The notes beneath the pieces are model-generated. The model was not told where the DNA came from, did no database searches, and saw only the letters and a program-made list of their open reading frames with translations. Position numbers and translations under genes: made by a program. A stretch of DNA of 64,000 bases from Spirochaetia bacterium (lineage in GTDB: Bacteria > Spirochaetota > Spirochaetia > SZUA-6 > Bin103), in the NCBI GenBank assembly GCA_965203905.1, contig CBDBDQ010000005.1, positions 6,368,001 to 6,432,000 on the forward strand, read 5' to 3'. This document shows positions 10,565 to 21,232 of this stretch, in pieces. The first letter of the stretch is position 1. Each line of letters begins with the position of its first letter.

Positions 10565-12304
10565 CTAAAACATGAAGTAGCGCTGCGCCAGCGGGGCCGC
10601 GGCCAGGGGCTCGCACACCAGCAGCTCGCCGTCGGCGCGCACGTTGTAGGAGTCGGCATCCACCTCCATCACCGGCAGCGCATCATTGAGTGGCAGGTCG
10701 CGCTTGCTCAGGCGGCGCGTGTCGCGCACGGGTTCCAGGCGCCGGCGCAGGGCCGGTGCGGCGGCTCCAGCCGCGCCTTCGAGGGCGGCACCACTCAGGA
10801 AGGTGACGCAGGTGGAAGCGCGGGCGGCACCGTGGGCCCCGAACATGGGCCGCCCCCACACCGGCTGCGGCGTGGGAATGGAGGCGTTGGCATCGCCCAT
10901 GGCGGCAAAGGCGATGAAGCCGCCCTTGAGCACCAGTTGCGGGTGCACCCCGAAGAACGCGGGATGCCACAGCGTCAGGTCCGCCAGCTTGCCCACCTCC
11001 ACCGACCCGATCAGGGTGCCGACCCCGTGCGCCACGGCGGGACAGATGGTGTACTTGGCGACGTAGCGCTTGATGCGTCCGTTGTCGTGTCCCGCCGGGT
11101 CCCCGGCGAGCGCGCCGCGCTGCACCTTCATCTTGTGCGCGGTCTGCCAGGTGCGGGTGATCACCTCGCCGACCCGTCCCATCGCCTGGCTGTCGCTGGC
11201 CATGATGCTGATCGCGCCCAGGTCGTGCAGGATGTCCTCGGCGGCGATCGTCTGCGGCCGGATGCGGCTGTCCGCGAACGCCACGTCCTCGGGAATCGAG
11301 GGATCGAGGTGGTGGCACACCATCAGCATGTCGCGGTGCTCCGCCACCGTGTTGACGGTGAACGGCCGCGTGGGGTTGGTGGAGCTGGGCAGCACGTTGC
11401 TCTCCCCACACACCCGCAGGATGTCGGGTGCGTGGCCGCCGCCGGCACCCTCGGAGTGAAAGGTGTGGATGGTGCGGCCCCGGAAGGCGCGAATCGTGTC
11501 TTCCACGAAGCCCGCTTCGTTGAGGGTGTCGGTGTGGATCGCCACCTGCACGTCGCTTTCGTCGGCTACTCCCAGGCAGCAGTCGATGGCGGCGGGCGTA
11601 GTCCCCCAGTCCTCGTGCAGTTTGAGTCCGCAAGCGCCCGCCGCCACCTGCTCGCGCAGCGGTTCCGGCAGTGCGCTGTTGCCCTTGCCGAAGAACCCGA
11701 GGTTCACCGGGTAGGCCTCGGCGGCTTCCAGCATGCGCGCGATGTTCCACGCCCCCGGCGTGCAGGTGGTCGCCAGCGTGCCGTGGGCCGGCCCGGTGCC
11801 GCCTCCAAGAAGGGTGGTGACGCCACTGGTGATCGCCGTGGTCACCAACTGCGGGCAGATGAAGTGGATGTGACTGTCGATGGCGCCGGCGGTGCAGATC
11901 ATCCCTTCGCCGGCGATCACCTCGGTGCCCGGCCCGATCGCCAGGGCGCGGTCGACAGCGTCCTGCAGGCCGGGGTTGCCGGCCTTGCCGATGCCACAGA
12001 TCAGGCCGTCGCGCACGCCGATGTCGGCCTTGAAGATGCCGCGGTAGTCGACGATGAGGGCGTTGGTGATCACCAGGTCGGGAGCGCCGGAAGCGCGGGT
12101 GGCACGCGGATCCTGGCCCATCCCGTCACGGATCACCTTGCCGCCACCGAACTTCACCTCGTCACCGGAGACGGTGAGATCGCGCTCCACCTCCAGCACC
12201 AGCTCGGTGTCCGCCAGCCGCATGCGGTCCCCGGTGGTGGGACCGAACATGCCGGCATGGCCGCTGCCGCTGGTGGCGAACCCGCCGCGGGAACCGTTAC
12301 CCAT
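10565..12304 (-). CDS. ureC: Urease alpha subunit
   Basis: All Ni-site motifs present: [41 protein letters not shown]. Ends LAQRYFMF. Confidence 0.97.
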   Translation of the reverse strand: MGNGSRGGFATSGSGHAGMFGPTTGDRMRLADTELVLEVERDLTVSGDEVKFGGGKVIRDGMGQDPRATRASGAPDLVITNALIVDYRGIFKADIGVRDGLICGIGKAGNPGLQDAVDRALAIGPGTEVIAGEGMICTAGAIDSHIHFICPQLVTTAITSGVTTLLGGGTGPAHGTLATTCTPGAWNIARMLEAAEAYPVNLGFFGKGNSALPEPLREQVAAGACGLKLHEDWGTTPAAIDCCLGVADESDVQVAIHTDTLNEAGFVEDTIRAFRGRTIHTFHSEGAGGGHAPDILRVCGESNVLPSSTNPTRPFTVNTVAEHRDMLMVCHHLDPSIPEDVAFADSRIRPQTIAAEDILHDLGAISIMASDSQAMGRVGEVITRTWQTAHKMKVQRGALAGDPAGHDNGRIKRYVAKYTICPAVAHGVGTLIGSVEVGKLADLTLWHPAFFGVHPQLVLKGGFIAFAAMGDANASIPTPQPVWGRPMFGAHGAARASTCVTFLSGAALEGAAGAAAPALRRRLEPVRDTRRLSKRDLPLNDALPVMEVDADSYNVRADGELLVCEPLAAAPLAQRYFMF

Positions 12305-12707
12305 TGCCGAATCCCCGCTCGCGGATCGCCGCCATGGCCGTGGTCCGCACCGACTCGTCATCCAGGGCGCCGTTCACCAGCCCGTTCAGGCCGTGGCAGA
12401 CGCGCTCGCCGCCGAACGCCACCAGCGTCACCGTATGGCGCTGCCCCGGTTCGAAGCGCACCGCCGTGCCGGCGGGTATGGCGAGCTTCATGCCGTACGC
12501 CCGCGCCCGCTCGAACACCAGCGCTCGGTTTACTTCAAAAAAATGAAAGTGGCTGCCCACCTGAATCGGGCGGTCGCCGCGGTTGGCCACCTGGAGCTGG
12601 ACCGTGGACCGCTCCGGCAGGCTGCGCCAGGAGGCGCGCGCGGGCCAGATCTGGCCGGGGGCCCAGCCGTTGGCCGGTGCCTGGTCGTTGCCGTGGTGCT
12701 GTTTCAT
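12297..12707 (-). CDS. ureB: Urease beta subunit
   Basis: [19 protein letters not shown]...[12 protein letters not shown]. Confidence 0.96.
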   Translation of the reverse strand: MKQHHGNDQAPANGWAPGQIWPARASWRSLPERSTVQLQVANRGDRPIQVGSHFHFFEVNRALVFERARAYGMKLAIPAGTAVRFEPGQRHTVTLVAFGGERVCHGLNGLVNGALDDESVRTTAMAAIRERGFGNG

Positions 12708-12728
12708 GGCTCTCTCATTGAATCGGGC

Positions 12729-13028
12729 TCATTGAATCGGGTGATGCAGCGTCACCAGCTTGGTGCCGTCGGGGAACGTCGCTTCCACCTGAACGCTGGG
12801 AATCATCTCCGGCACGCCGCTCATCACCTGCTCCGCGCCCAGGATCCCCGGGCCCAGCTCGACGATGTCGGCGAGTGACCGGCCCTCCCGCGCCCACTCC
12901 ATGATCTGGGTGGCGATGATCGCGGTAGCCTCCGGATAATTCAGCCTCACGCCGCGCGCCAAGCGGTCGCGCGCCACCATCGCGGCGACCGCAAGCAGCA
13001 GCTTTTCGCGTTCGTGTGGGGTAAACAT
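12729..13028 (-). CDS. ureA: Urease gamma subunit
   Basis: [32 protein letters not shown]. Confidence 0.97.
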   Translation of the reverse strand: MFTPHEREKLLLAVAAMVARDRLARGVRLNYPEATAIIATQIMEWAREGRSLADIVELGPGILGAEQVMSGVPEMIPSVQVEATFPDGTKLVTLHHPIQ

Positions 13029-13043
13029 CTCCTGTGGACTCCG

Positions 13044-13742
13044 TCAGAGCATCAGGTGGCTCTCCACCACCTCGCGGCTGGCCGCTCCCGCGCGTCCCTC
13101 GTGCACGATCGTCCCCTGGTCCATGATGTACACCCGGTCGGCGAGGCGCAGCGCGAAGTCGAGCGATTGTTCCACCAGCAGGATCGAAAGATCGCCCTGC
13201 GCGCGGATTTCGCGCACCGCCTGCTCAACCTCGTGCACGATCGACGGCTGGATGCCCTCGGTCGGCTCGTCGAGCAGCAGCAGGCGCGGTTGGGTGATCA
13301 GGACCCGGGCGATGGCCAGTTGCTGCTGCTGCCCGCCGCTCAGGTCGCCGCCGCGGCGGGTGAGGATTCGCTGCAACTCGGGGAACAGTTCCCACACCCA
13401 GGCCGGCGCCCGCTCGCGCGAGCCGCCGCGCGCCTCCAGGCCCAGGAACAGGTTCTCGGCCACCGACAGGAAGGGGAAGATCTCCCGGCCCTGCGGCACG
13501 TAGCCGATCCCGGCACGGGAGCGGCGGTCTGCGGTCCACCCGGTCACGTCGGCGTCGTTGAAGGTAATGGTCCCGGCGCGCGCGGCCAGCACCCCCACCA
13601 GGGTCTTCATCAGGGTCGACTTGCCGACGCCGTTGCGACCCATCAGGGCCACCACCTCCCCGGCGGCCACGTTCACCTCGAGGTCGTGCACCACGGTAGA
13701 ACTGCCGTAGCCGGAGCGCAGGGCGCGGGTCTCAAGCAGCAT
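13044..13742 (-). CDS. urtE: Urea ABC transporter ATP-binding subunit
   Basis: GRNGVGKS, YVPQGREIFP, LSGGQQQQL, DEPTEGIQPSI. Confidence 0.92.
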   Translation of the reverse strand: MLLETRALRSGYGSSTVVHDLEVNVAAGEVVALMGRNGVGKSTLMKTLVGVLAARAGTITFNDADVTGWTADRRSRAGIGYVPQGREIFPFLSVAENLFLGLEARGGSRERAPAWVWELFPELQRILTRRGGDLSGGQQQQLAIARVLITQPRLLLLDEPTEGIQPSIVHEVEQAVREIRAQGDLSILLVEQSLDFALRLADRVYIMDQGTIVHEGRAGAASREVVESHLML

Positions 13743-14496
13743 GACTGCCGTCGGCGCCGCGTCCCAGATAGACGTCGATCACCGTGGGATCCCGCTTCAC
13801 GGTGTCGAAGTCCCCCTCGCAGATCACGCGGCCGGCGTGCAGCACCGTGACCAGGCTGGAGAAGCGCCCCACGAACTGCATGTCGTGCTCCACCACCACC
13901 ACCGAACGCTGAGCGGCGATCGCCTCCAGAATCGTCCCGGTCCGTTCCCGCTCGCCCGCGGTCATCCCGGCCACCGGCTCGTCCACCAGCAGCAACTCCG
14001 GGTCCTGGACGATCGCCATGGCCAGTTCCAGCCACTGTTTCTCGCCGTGGGCCAGGACGCCGGCAACCGCGCCGCGGCGGTCGCTCAACCCCACCATCTC
14101 CAGCACTTCCGCAACCCGGCGCCGCGCGGCGCGCCCCGCCTGCTGGAAGGTGGCGGCCAGGAACCCGCCCGGTACTTCGGCGGCGAGTTGCATGTTCTGG
14201 TCCACGGTGAGACTGTCGAACACCGACGGCGCCTGGAACTTGCGGCTGATGCCGAGGCGCGCGATGGCATCCTGGTCGTGGGCCAGCAGGTCGACCTGGT
14301 TGGCGAACTGGACCCGCCCCGAAACCGGCTTCACCTTGCCGCAGATCACGTCCAGCAGGGTGGTCTTGCCGGCGCCGTTGGGGCCGATCAGGAAGCGCAG
14401 CTCGCCCTTGCGCACGATCAGGTTGACATGCTCCAGCGCCTTGAAGCCGTCGAAATCCACGGTCACCGACTCGACGTACAGGATGTCGTTCAGCAT
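13732..14496 (-). CDS. urtD: Urea ABC transporter ATP-binding subunit
   Basis: FDGFKAL, GPNGAGKTT, RKFQ, HGEKQWLE, DEPVAGMT. Confidence 0.92.
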   Translation of the reverse strand: MLNDILYVESVTVDFDGFKALEHVNLIVRKGELRFLIGPNGAGKTTLLDVICGKVKPVSGRVQFANQVDLLAHDQDAIARLGISRKFQAPSVFDSLTVDQNMQLAAEVPGGFLAATFQQAGRAARRRVAEVLEMVGLSDRRGAVAGVLAHGEKQWLELAMAIVQDPELLLVDEPVAGMTAGERERTGTILEAIAAQRSVVVVEHDMQFVGRFSSLVTVLHAGRVICEGDFDTVKRDPTVIDVYLGRGADGSHAA

Positions 14497-15680
14497 GGTT
14501 TGTCCCTCTCGCTGCTGCCGGCCGGAGCCACCGGCAGGCCGTTCGCGGTCCGGTTCGCGGAGCCGTCGGGTGGCAGCGGTGAGCGGTGGTTGTCTCCTTC
14601 CGCTGCCGCTGTCGGCGGTCGCTGCGCTCGCGCAAGGCGCTGCCGCAGCGAACCTACCCACGGCAGCTCGCGGATCTGCCCCACGATCCCCGCGAGCCCC
14701 CTCGGGAACAGCAGCACCACGCCGATGAACAGCCCGCCGAACACGTAGAGCCACATTTCCGGCAGCGACTCGCTGAACACGGTCTTGGCCCAGTTGACCA
14801 CCACCGCCCCGGCGGCGGCCCCGACGATGGTGCCGCGACCGCCGACCGCTACCCACACCGCCATCTCCACGGAGGGTAGAATGCCCATCGAAGAGGGGCT
14901 GATGATCCCCACCTGGGGCACGAACAGCGCGCCGGCGAAGCCGGCAATGGCGGCCGACAGGGCGAACGTCACCACCTTGTAGCGCACCGGGTTGTAGCCG
15001 AGGAAGCGCAGCCGGTTCTCGCCGTCGCGAATCGCCATCAGCACCGTGCCGGTCTTGGTCCGCACCAGCCAGCGGGCCAGCACGACCACTCCGATCAGGG
15101 TGACGACCGTAAGCAGGTACAGACCGAGCCGCACGCCCGAGCTGTACAGCGAGAGGCCGGCCACCGAGCGGAAGTTGGTCATGCCGTTGGTGCCGCCGGT
15201 GAACGGCTGCTGACCGATGAACAGGATCATCATCGCCAGCGCCAGCGCCTGGGTGAGGATCGAGAAGTAGACGCCGCGGATCCCCGACCGGAACGTGGGA
15301 TAGCCGACGATGATCGCGAACAGGGCGGGAATGACCACCGCCATCGGCAGCGCCACGACGAAGTGGCGGAACGGCTCCCAGAACCAGGGCAACTGTTCCA
15401 GTCCGCTCCACACCATGAAGTCGGGCAACTCCTCCGACTGCAGCTTCATGTGCATCGCCATGCTGTAGGCGCCGAGGCTGAAGAACACGCCGTGCCCGAG
15501 GCTCAGCACGCCGGCGTAGCCCCACAGCAGGTCGAGCCCCACCGCGGCGACGGCGAACGCCAGGTACTTTCCTACCAGCGCCAGGCGGAAGTCGGACAGC
15601 AGCAGCGGCAGCACCAGCAGCACCCCCACCACCACCGCGTAGCCAAGGTAGCTCCAGCGCGGCGTCACCCGGGCGGGCAT
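14490..15680 (-). CDS. urtC: Urea ABC transporter permease
   Basis: LWGYAGVLSLGHG, LPDFMVWSG, GVYFSILTQA, VAVGGRGT. Confidence 0.92.
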   Translation of the reverse strand: MPARVTPRWSYLGYAVVVGVLLVLPLLLSDFRLALVGKYLAFAVAAVGLDLLWGYAGVLSLGHGVFFSLGAYSMAMHMKLQSEELPDFMVWSGLEQLPWFWEPFRHFVVALPMAVVIPALFAIIVGYPTFRSGIRGVYFSILTQALALAMMILFIGQQPFTGGTNGMTNFRSVAGLSLYSSGVRLGLYLLTVVTLIGVVVLARWLVRTKTGTVLMAIRDGENRLRFLGYNPVRYKVVTFALSAAIAGFAGALFVPQVGIISPSSMGILPSVEMAVWVAVGGRGTIVGAAAGAVVVNWAKTVFSESLPEMWLYVFGGLFIGVVLLFPRGLAGIVGQIRELPWVGSLRQRLARAQRPPTAAAEGDNHRSPLPPDGSANRTANGLPVAPAGSSERDKPC

Positions 15681-16588
15681 CAGCGCTGCCCCTCCAGGGC
15701 CCGGGTGCGCAGCACCAGGAACCCCGCCGGCTTGTACTGCAGGAACACCACGATCAGGGCGAAGATGATCACCTTGCCCATCGACGAGGTGGTGATGAAC
15801 TCGAACAGCGGGCTGGCGGCGCCGATCAGCACCGCACCGGCCACCGAGCCGGCGATGGAACCGACACCCCCGAGCACCACCACCATGAAGGAGTCGATGA
15901 TCCAGTTCTGGCCGGTCGCGGGACCGACCGAGCCGAGCAGGCTCACCACGCAGCCTGCTACCCCCGCCAGGCCGCTGCCCAGGGCGAACGTGCGCGCGTC
16001 TACCGCCGCGGTGTTGATGCCCATGGCGGCGGCCATCGGCCGGTTCTGCATCACCGCGCGCATGCTGCACCCGGCCCGCGTCCGGTTCAGGAACAGGTAG
16101 GTGCCCACCACGCACAGCACCGCCACGCCGATGATGAACAGCCGGTTGGTGGGCAGTTGCACGCCCTCGGCGAGCGCCAGGCCGCCTTGCAGCCAGTCCG
16201 GCGTGCGCACCTCCACGTTGGAGGCGCCGAACACGTTGCGCGCGAGCTGCTGCAGGATGAGGCTCAGGCCCCAGGTTGCCAGGATGCTCTCGAACGGGCG
16301 CCCGTAGAGGAAGCGGATCAGGGAACGCTCGGTAAGGAAGCCGAGTGCGGCCGTCACCACGAAGGCCGCCACCAGCGCCACCAAGTACCAGCTGCCGCCC
16401 AGGGGGGCGTGCAGCAGCCGGTCCACCACGTAGGTGGTGTAGGCGCCGACCATCACGAACTCGCCGTGGGCGAAGTTGATCACGCCCATGATGCCGAAGG
16501 TGATGCTCAGCCCCAGCGCCACCATCAGCAGCACGCTGCTGATGCTCAGGCTGTTGAAGAGCTGCATCGCGGTAGTGGTAAGGGTCAC
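15680..16588 (-). CDS. urtB: Urea ABC transporter permease
   Basis: ALGLSITFGIMGVINFAHGEF, LYGRPFESILATWG, IIDSFMVVVLGGVG. Confidence 0.92.
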   Translation of the reverse strand: MTLTTTAMQLFNSLSISSVLLMVALGLSITFGIMGVINFAHGEFVMVGAYTTYVVDRLLHAPLGGSWYLVALVAAFVVTAALGFLTERSLIRFLYGRPFESILATWGLSLILQQLARNVFGASNVEVRTPDWLQGGLALAEGVQLPTNRLFIIGVAVLCVVGTYLFLNRTRAGCSMRAVMQNRPMAAAMGINTAAVDARTFALGSGLAGVAGCVVSLLGSVGPATGQNWIIDSFMVVVLGGVGSIAGSVAGAVLIGAASPLFEFITTSSMGKVIIFALIVVFLQYKPAGFLVLRTRALEGQR

Positions 16589-16686
16589 CTCACTCTCTCC
16601 TGTGCACACATGGCGCGGCCGGCGCGGAGCACCGTAGGACGATGCTCCGGCGACGGCCGCGCCGGACCGTTCGAATTCTCGCAGCG

Positions 16687-17931
16687 CTAGTTGCTTGCGC
16701 TGCGGGTTGTCCGCGGGCCCATCACGCCGGGCTCGACCACGTCCTCGTCGGGAGAGATCAGCTCGGGATAGGGGTCGGGCCGCACCGGCTCGCCGGTGGA
16801 CCACAGGATGTCGAACTGCCCCTCGGAGTTGACGGCTCCGATCTGGACGATCTTCCAGGTGTGGTTGTTCACCGGGTCGATCTTGACCATGCCCTCGGGA
16901 GCCTCGAACTCGACGCCGCGCAGCGCCATGCGCACCTCGCCGGTGTCGGCGGTGCCGGCCTTCTTCACCGCTTCCGCCCACAGGTAGACACCGAAGTAGC
17001 CCGCCTCGATGGGATCGTCGGTGACGCGGTCGGCGCCGTAGGCCGCCTTGTAGCGTTCCACGAAGCCCGCGTTCTTGGGGCTGTCCATGCTCTGGAAGTA
17101 GTTCCATGCCGCCAGGTGGCCCTCGATGAACTCGGCCCCGATGCCCTTGATCTCCTCCTCGGCAACGCTTACCGACATCACCGGAATGTCCCCCGGACCG
17201 ATGCCCGCGGCCTTGAGCTGCTTGAAGAAGGCCACGTTGCTGTCGCCGTTCAGGGTGTTGAAGATCACGTCCGGGTTCGCGGCCTGGATCTTGTTGATCA
17301 CGGTGGCGTACTCGGTGTGGCCGAGCGGGGTGTACTCCTCCGCCACCGTGGTGCCGCCCTCCGCCTCGAGCTGGATCTTGATGATCTTGTTGGCGGTGCG
17401 CGGGAACACGTAGTCGGAGCCGAGCAGGAAGAACTTGGTGCCCTTCTCCTGCAGCAGCCACGACACTGCGGGCATGATCTGCTGATTGGGCGCCGCCCCG
17501 GTGTAGATGATGTTCTTGGATGCCTCCAGCCCTTCATACTGCACGGGGTAGAACAGCAGGTGGTCGAGACCTTCGAACACCGGCAGCACCGCCTTGCGGC
17601 TGGCCGAAGTCCAGCAGCCGAACACCACCTGGACCTGGTCGCGTTCGATCAGCTTGCGCGCCTTCTCGGCAAACGTAGGCCAGTCGGAGGCGCCGTCCTC
17701 GATGATCGGTACGATCTGCTTGCCGAGCAGACCGCCGGCCGCATTGATCTCGTTGATCGCCAGAATGGTGGCGTCCTTTACCGCTACCTCGCTGATCGAC
17801 ATGGTGCCGCTCAGCGAATGCAGGACGCCGACTTTGATGACGTCGCCCGCTTCATCCTCACCGCCGGCGAATGCGATGAGGGGCAGAAGCAGGGCGACAC
17901 ATACCAGGAGCAGAGCTCGTGGGATACGCAT
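16687..17931 (-). CDS. urtA: Urea ABC transporter substrate-binding protein
   Basis: Signal peptide; [42 protein letters not shown]; GGAGG SD. Confidence 0.94.
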   Translation of the reverse strand: MRIPRALLLVCVALLLPLIAFAGGEDEAGDVIKVGVLHSLSGTMSISEVAVKDATILAINEINAAGGLLGKQIVPIIEDGASDWPTFAEKARKLIERDQVQVVFGCWTSASRKAVLPVFEGLDHLLFYPVQYEGLEASKNIIYTGAAPNQQIMPAVSWLLQEKGTKFFLLGSDYVFPRTANKIIKIQLEAEGGTTVAEEYTPLGHTEYATVINKIQAANPDVIFNTLNGDSNVAFFKQLKAAGIGPGDIPVMSVSVAEEEIKGIGAEFIEGHLAAWNYFQSMDSPKNAGFVERYKAAYGADRVTDDPIEAGYFGVYLWAEAVKKAGTADTGEVRMALRGVEFEAPEGMVKIDPVNNHTWKIVQIGAVNSEGQFDILWSTGEPVRPDPYPELISPDEDVVEPGVMGPRTTRSASN

Positions 17932-17985
17932 TGGTTCCTCCACAGTTTGGTGAGGTCGTTGTATGAGGGCCCTCATGCGTATATA

Positions 17986-18002
17986 AGCAAACTCCATGCC
18001 AA
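17986..18002 (-). promoter_or_regulatory. Sigma54 (RpoN) -24/-12 promoter of the urt-ure operon
   Basis: Minus strand TTGGCATGGAGTTTGCT fits GG-N10-GC with the TGGCA/TTGC consensus, about 55 bp before the urtA start. Confidence 0.85.
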
Positions 18003-18144
18003 CCCCGATCGTGCCGGATTGTGGAGCGGAATCAGGACCGTTCGAGAAGATGTCTTACATTTCCGTATGATAGGTTCCATGATTGATACCTGACTGTAGG
18101 ATTATTCTCGATACAAGCCATCACTCAGTCAAAAGTACTAGGCC

Positions 18145-18405
18145 GAGGTAAGCGGCGAGCTGCTGGACGTCGAGGCGGAGCTGGAGCTGGGCTCGGCCGA
18201 CTGCGTGGGCGTGGTGGTGCGCGGGGTGCCGGTGTTCTACGACCGGCGCCTGGGCGCGCTGTGCTGCGGCGGCTACACGGTGCCGCTGCCGGCTCCCGAG
18301 GGTCCGTTCAAGTGGCGGATCCTGGCCGACCGCGCCTCGCTTGAGCTGTACGCGGACGATGGCGCGGTGACCATTGCCGCAGGCATCATCCTGCCGGAGT
18401 GGGAG
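18145..18405 (+). pseudogene. Glycoside hydrolase family 32 C-terminal domain fragment
   Basis: GELLDVEAELELG...RILADRASLELYADDG; no N-terminal part or credible start. Confidence 0.6.
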
Positions 18406-18679
18406 ACCGCTGCTGCTGGTCGAGTCGCTGACTACCTACCTGCTGGGCGCAGCGGCAGCTCTCGGTCTCGGTCTGGCCGCGGGCGCCGCCATCAACGCCT
18501 TGGGTATCACCTTCGTGCCGATCGGCAGCAATCTCGCCGTGCCCTTCTACATCGACCTGGAGTTGAGGTACTTCGTGGTACCCGCCATCATCACGCTGCT
18601 GATGACCGGCGCCGCCACGCTGGTTCCCACGCTGCGTACGGCTCGCCTCAGCATCGCGTCCGTCCTGCGTCACGACTGA
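18405..18679 (+). pseudogene. 3' fragment of an FtsX/LolE-like ABC permease
   Basis: LLVESL...GLGLAAG...ATLVPTLRTARLSIASVLRHD*; no 5' part. Confidence 0.6.
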
Positions 18680-21111
18680 GGCGGTCCGGCGTCCTGGGGA
18701 GTGCCGGCGCACGTGAGAGGCAGCGTTATCTCCGACGGCAAGGTTCACGCCGGAGACGCATGGACGGGGCTGCCGCCTGGGCTGAACATGCCGCTTCGGT
18801 CGACTGCGTTGCGCTACGCCACCGCGTCGCTGAACACCATCTCCCAGCCGTGGAACACGACCGCCAGGCCCGTGAACCGCACCCCTGGGAACTGCCGTGC
18901 CAGGCGCTCGTCCGCAAGGTAGCGCCGCAACTGCGCCGTGGCGTCGCCGGCCGCCGCCGCGACGCGCGCCCCGTCCGCCTGCTCGCTGCGCGCCAGGTAC
19001 TTCAGCTCGATCAGGTAACCCACCCGCAGGTGCGGATAGCGCGCCACCAACGGCTCCAGGGAGATGTTCGAGCGGAACACGAAGTAGTCGGTAACGCTCA
19101 GATATGCGGCCAGGAAGCCCTGAATGACCTTCTCCCCGGCGATGAAGTCGCGAATCCCCGTCTGCCGCGCAATCGCCTCGCTCAGGAACTCCAGCACCGG
19201 CCGCCACTCGCCCTCGTTGGCCATCCGCATCAGCAACTTCTCGAACCGGAACAGGTTGATCCTGAACACGCCCACGTCCTTGTAGCCGTCCCGCAGGTAG
19301 CCGTACATCAGCCGCTTCACGGTCTGGTTGGGGATCGCCAGCCGCGGCATGCCGCGCGCCACCCCGCGGATGCTCAGCAGCCCGAAGTAGTGCAGCAGCG
19401 ACAGAAAGTTCTCCGGCTCGGCGAGCTCGTGCAGCGGAAAGCCCGACTGCACGCGGCGGACGTCCACCTGCTCCTCTCCGATGACGTCCTGCAGCAGGTC
19501 GAAGTTGCCGTTCAACTGCCGGCCTACCACCAGCAGGTGGCGCAGCTTCCCGTAGTCGATGCGCGCGTTGGTGTCGACCAAGTCGTCCGGGGCGGGCCGG
19601 TTAGGGATCGAGTGCTTCAGGTAGTAGAGCACCATGTCGGTGTTGTACAGATCCGCTTCGGCCGTCCGGGCGAACCGGTAGCCGTTGTACCACTCGCCCA
19701 TCAGCGCCATGGCGGCGTCCACGTCCTGGTCGAACACGCCGTGGTCCCGGTAGGTCTCGATCAGGCGCCGCACCTCCGCCTCGGTGAAGCCCACCATCTC
19801 GTTGAAGTCCGGTTCCAGACTGACGTTGGTGCCGATGTTGAAGCCGGAGGTAACGTCGTCCATGGTCACCGGCGACACCCCCGTGATGAACAGGCGGTCA
19901 ATGCCGCCTCCGCTCCGGTCCGCGCCGCCCTTGAGGGTGGCGAAGAAGCTGCGGAAGAAGCCGCCGCCGTGGGTGAACGAATGGTACGCCTCGGCGCCGT
20001 CGTGCGCCAGCACGGTGTTGGCGAAGTTGTCGTACTCGTCGATCAGCACGTACAGCGGGATGTCGTGGTCGCCCGCGTAGCGGAACAGCCGCCCGAGCTT
20101 GGCGGTGATGGACTGCGGCGTCAGGATGCGCTGGAGCGCCGCTTCGGGAAACAAGTCGGGATGGCGCTCCAGCGTCCCCTCCAGCTCCGTGTGGCAGTGG
20201 GTCTCGAACTCCCGCTCCAGCGTTTCGAGCTTGTCGTCGACCATCGAGAAGTTGAAGCGCAGCGTGACGTAACGGCTGCGTTCCTCCGTCGGGCTCTGCC
20301 CGATGTCGGTGCCGGCAAAGGTGGCGTCGAAGTCGTCGGCCCAGAAGCGGTCGTAGTAGTTCTCCAGCAGCGACACCCACAGCGTCTTGCCGAACGGCCG
20401 CGGGCGAATCAGGAAGGCGTAGTGCTCCTGCTCCAGACGCCGCAGGAAGCGAGTCTTGTCCACGTACAGCCACCGGTTCAGGCGGATGCGCCGGAAGTCG
20501 GCCTGGCCGTAGGGGATGTGCGGGTAGGCGGGAGTCTCGTCCACTGAAGACCGTGCCGACGACACTCTATCGCCGTCCGCGCCGGCCCCTCAAGCGCCGA
20601 TCGGCTCCTCGCTGTCCCGCTGCTTGCGCACGGCACGGCTCAACAGGGAAGTCCGGTTTACCAGGTGCCGCGCAACGGCCACGCGGAGACCGTCCCACCC
20701 CGCCTTCCGCGAACAGGTCGCGCGGAATGCTGTGCGCGCCGATCCAGTACGGCACCGTCTCAACCGGTGACCGTGCCCCCAGCACCCAGCCCAGCAGCAG
20801 CCGGCGCTGGGCGCCTCCCGGCCCGCGGTCGTCCACCAGGTGCGGGTTGGCGCAGTAGTACAGGCCCTGTCCACGAAGCCCGGCTCGCGCCCGTCGGGGT
20901 GGAAGCGGCGCGCCTGGCGGTCGTAGCTGCCGGTCCAGTAGGGGTTGTCGTGGGCGCCGACCATCAGCACCGCGCGCTCGCCGTCCGCTGCGCCTTCCGC
21001 ACCGAAGGGGACCAGGTAGGGCAGCTCCCAGTAGCGCCGGCCGGGGTCGTGGTCCTCGGCGATGGTGCCGCGGTGGGTCCACTCTTCCAGGTCGGGCGAG
21101 GTCCACAGGTG
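18555..21111. repeat. Tandem duplication unit 1 (permease 3' end + AAA/nuclease gene + GH32 fragment)
   Basis: Begins ACCTGGAGTTGAGGTACTTC and ends GTCCACAGGTG, matching 21377..23950. Confidence 0.92.
18814..20544 (-). CDS. AAA-ATPase-like + PD-(D/E)XK nuclease protein, copy 1 (Walker A R>P; nuclease motif deleted)
   Basis: YVDKT, RPRPFGKT, LIDEYD, FITGV, WYNGY, IPN, IELKY. FRS-NISL replaces FRSEAELGKGHADISL. Confidence 0.88.
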   Translation of the reverse strand: MDETPAYPHIPYGQADFRRIRLNRWLYVDKTRFLRRLEQEHYAFLIRPRPFGKTLWVSLLENYYDRFWADDFDATFAGTDIGQSPTEERSRYVTLRFNFSMVDDKLETLEREFETHCHTELEGTLERHPDLFPEAALQRILTPQSITAKLGRLFRYAGDHDIPLYVLIDEYDNFANTVLAHDGAEAYHSFTHGGGFFRSFFATLKGGADRSGGGIDRLFITGVSPVTMDDVTSGFNIGTNVSLEPDFNEMVGFTEAEVRRLIETYRDHGVFDQDVDAAMALMGEWYNGYRFARTAEADLYNTDMVLYYLKHSIPNRPAPDDLVDTNARIDYGKLRHLLVVGRQLNGNFDLLQDVIGEEQVDVRRVQSGFPLHELAEPENFLSLLHYFGLLSIRGVARGMPRLAIPNQTVKRLMYGYLRDGYKDVGVFRINLFRFEKLLMRMANEGEWRPVLEFLSEAIARQTGIRDFIAGEKVIQGFLAAYLSVTDYFVFRSNISLEPLVARYPHLRVGYLIELKYLARSEQADGARVAAAAGDATAQLRRYLADERLARQFPGVRFTGLAVVFHGWEMVFSDAVA

Positions 21112-21232
21112 CGCGGCGCCGCGCTGGGCGGCACCCTCCCCCACCGCACCGCCGATGAGCTGCTGCCACAGCTCGCCCTCCTTCCACAACCTGGGCGTCC
21201 GAGTGCACGGGCGAGGCGGCATTCGGGCGCTG
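20705..21232 (-). pseudogene. Internal GH32 fragment (copy 1)
   Basis: LWTSPDLEEW...YWELPYL...LLLGWV...HSIPRDL, with frameshifts. Confidence 0.75.

Noticed and set aside
10448-12721. Long antisense or alternative-frame ORFs (e.g. 10448..12721, 18205..20547, 44519..46591, 60030..62123)
   Set aside because: Shadow ORFs expected at high GC opposite well-supported genes; no recognisable motifs.
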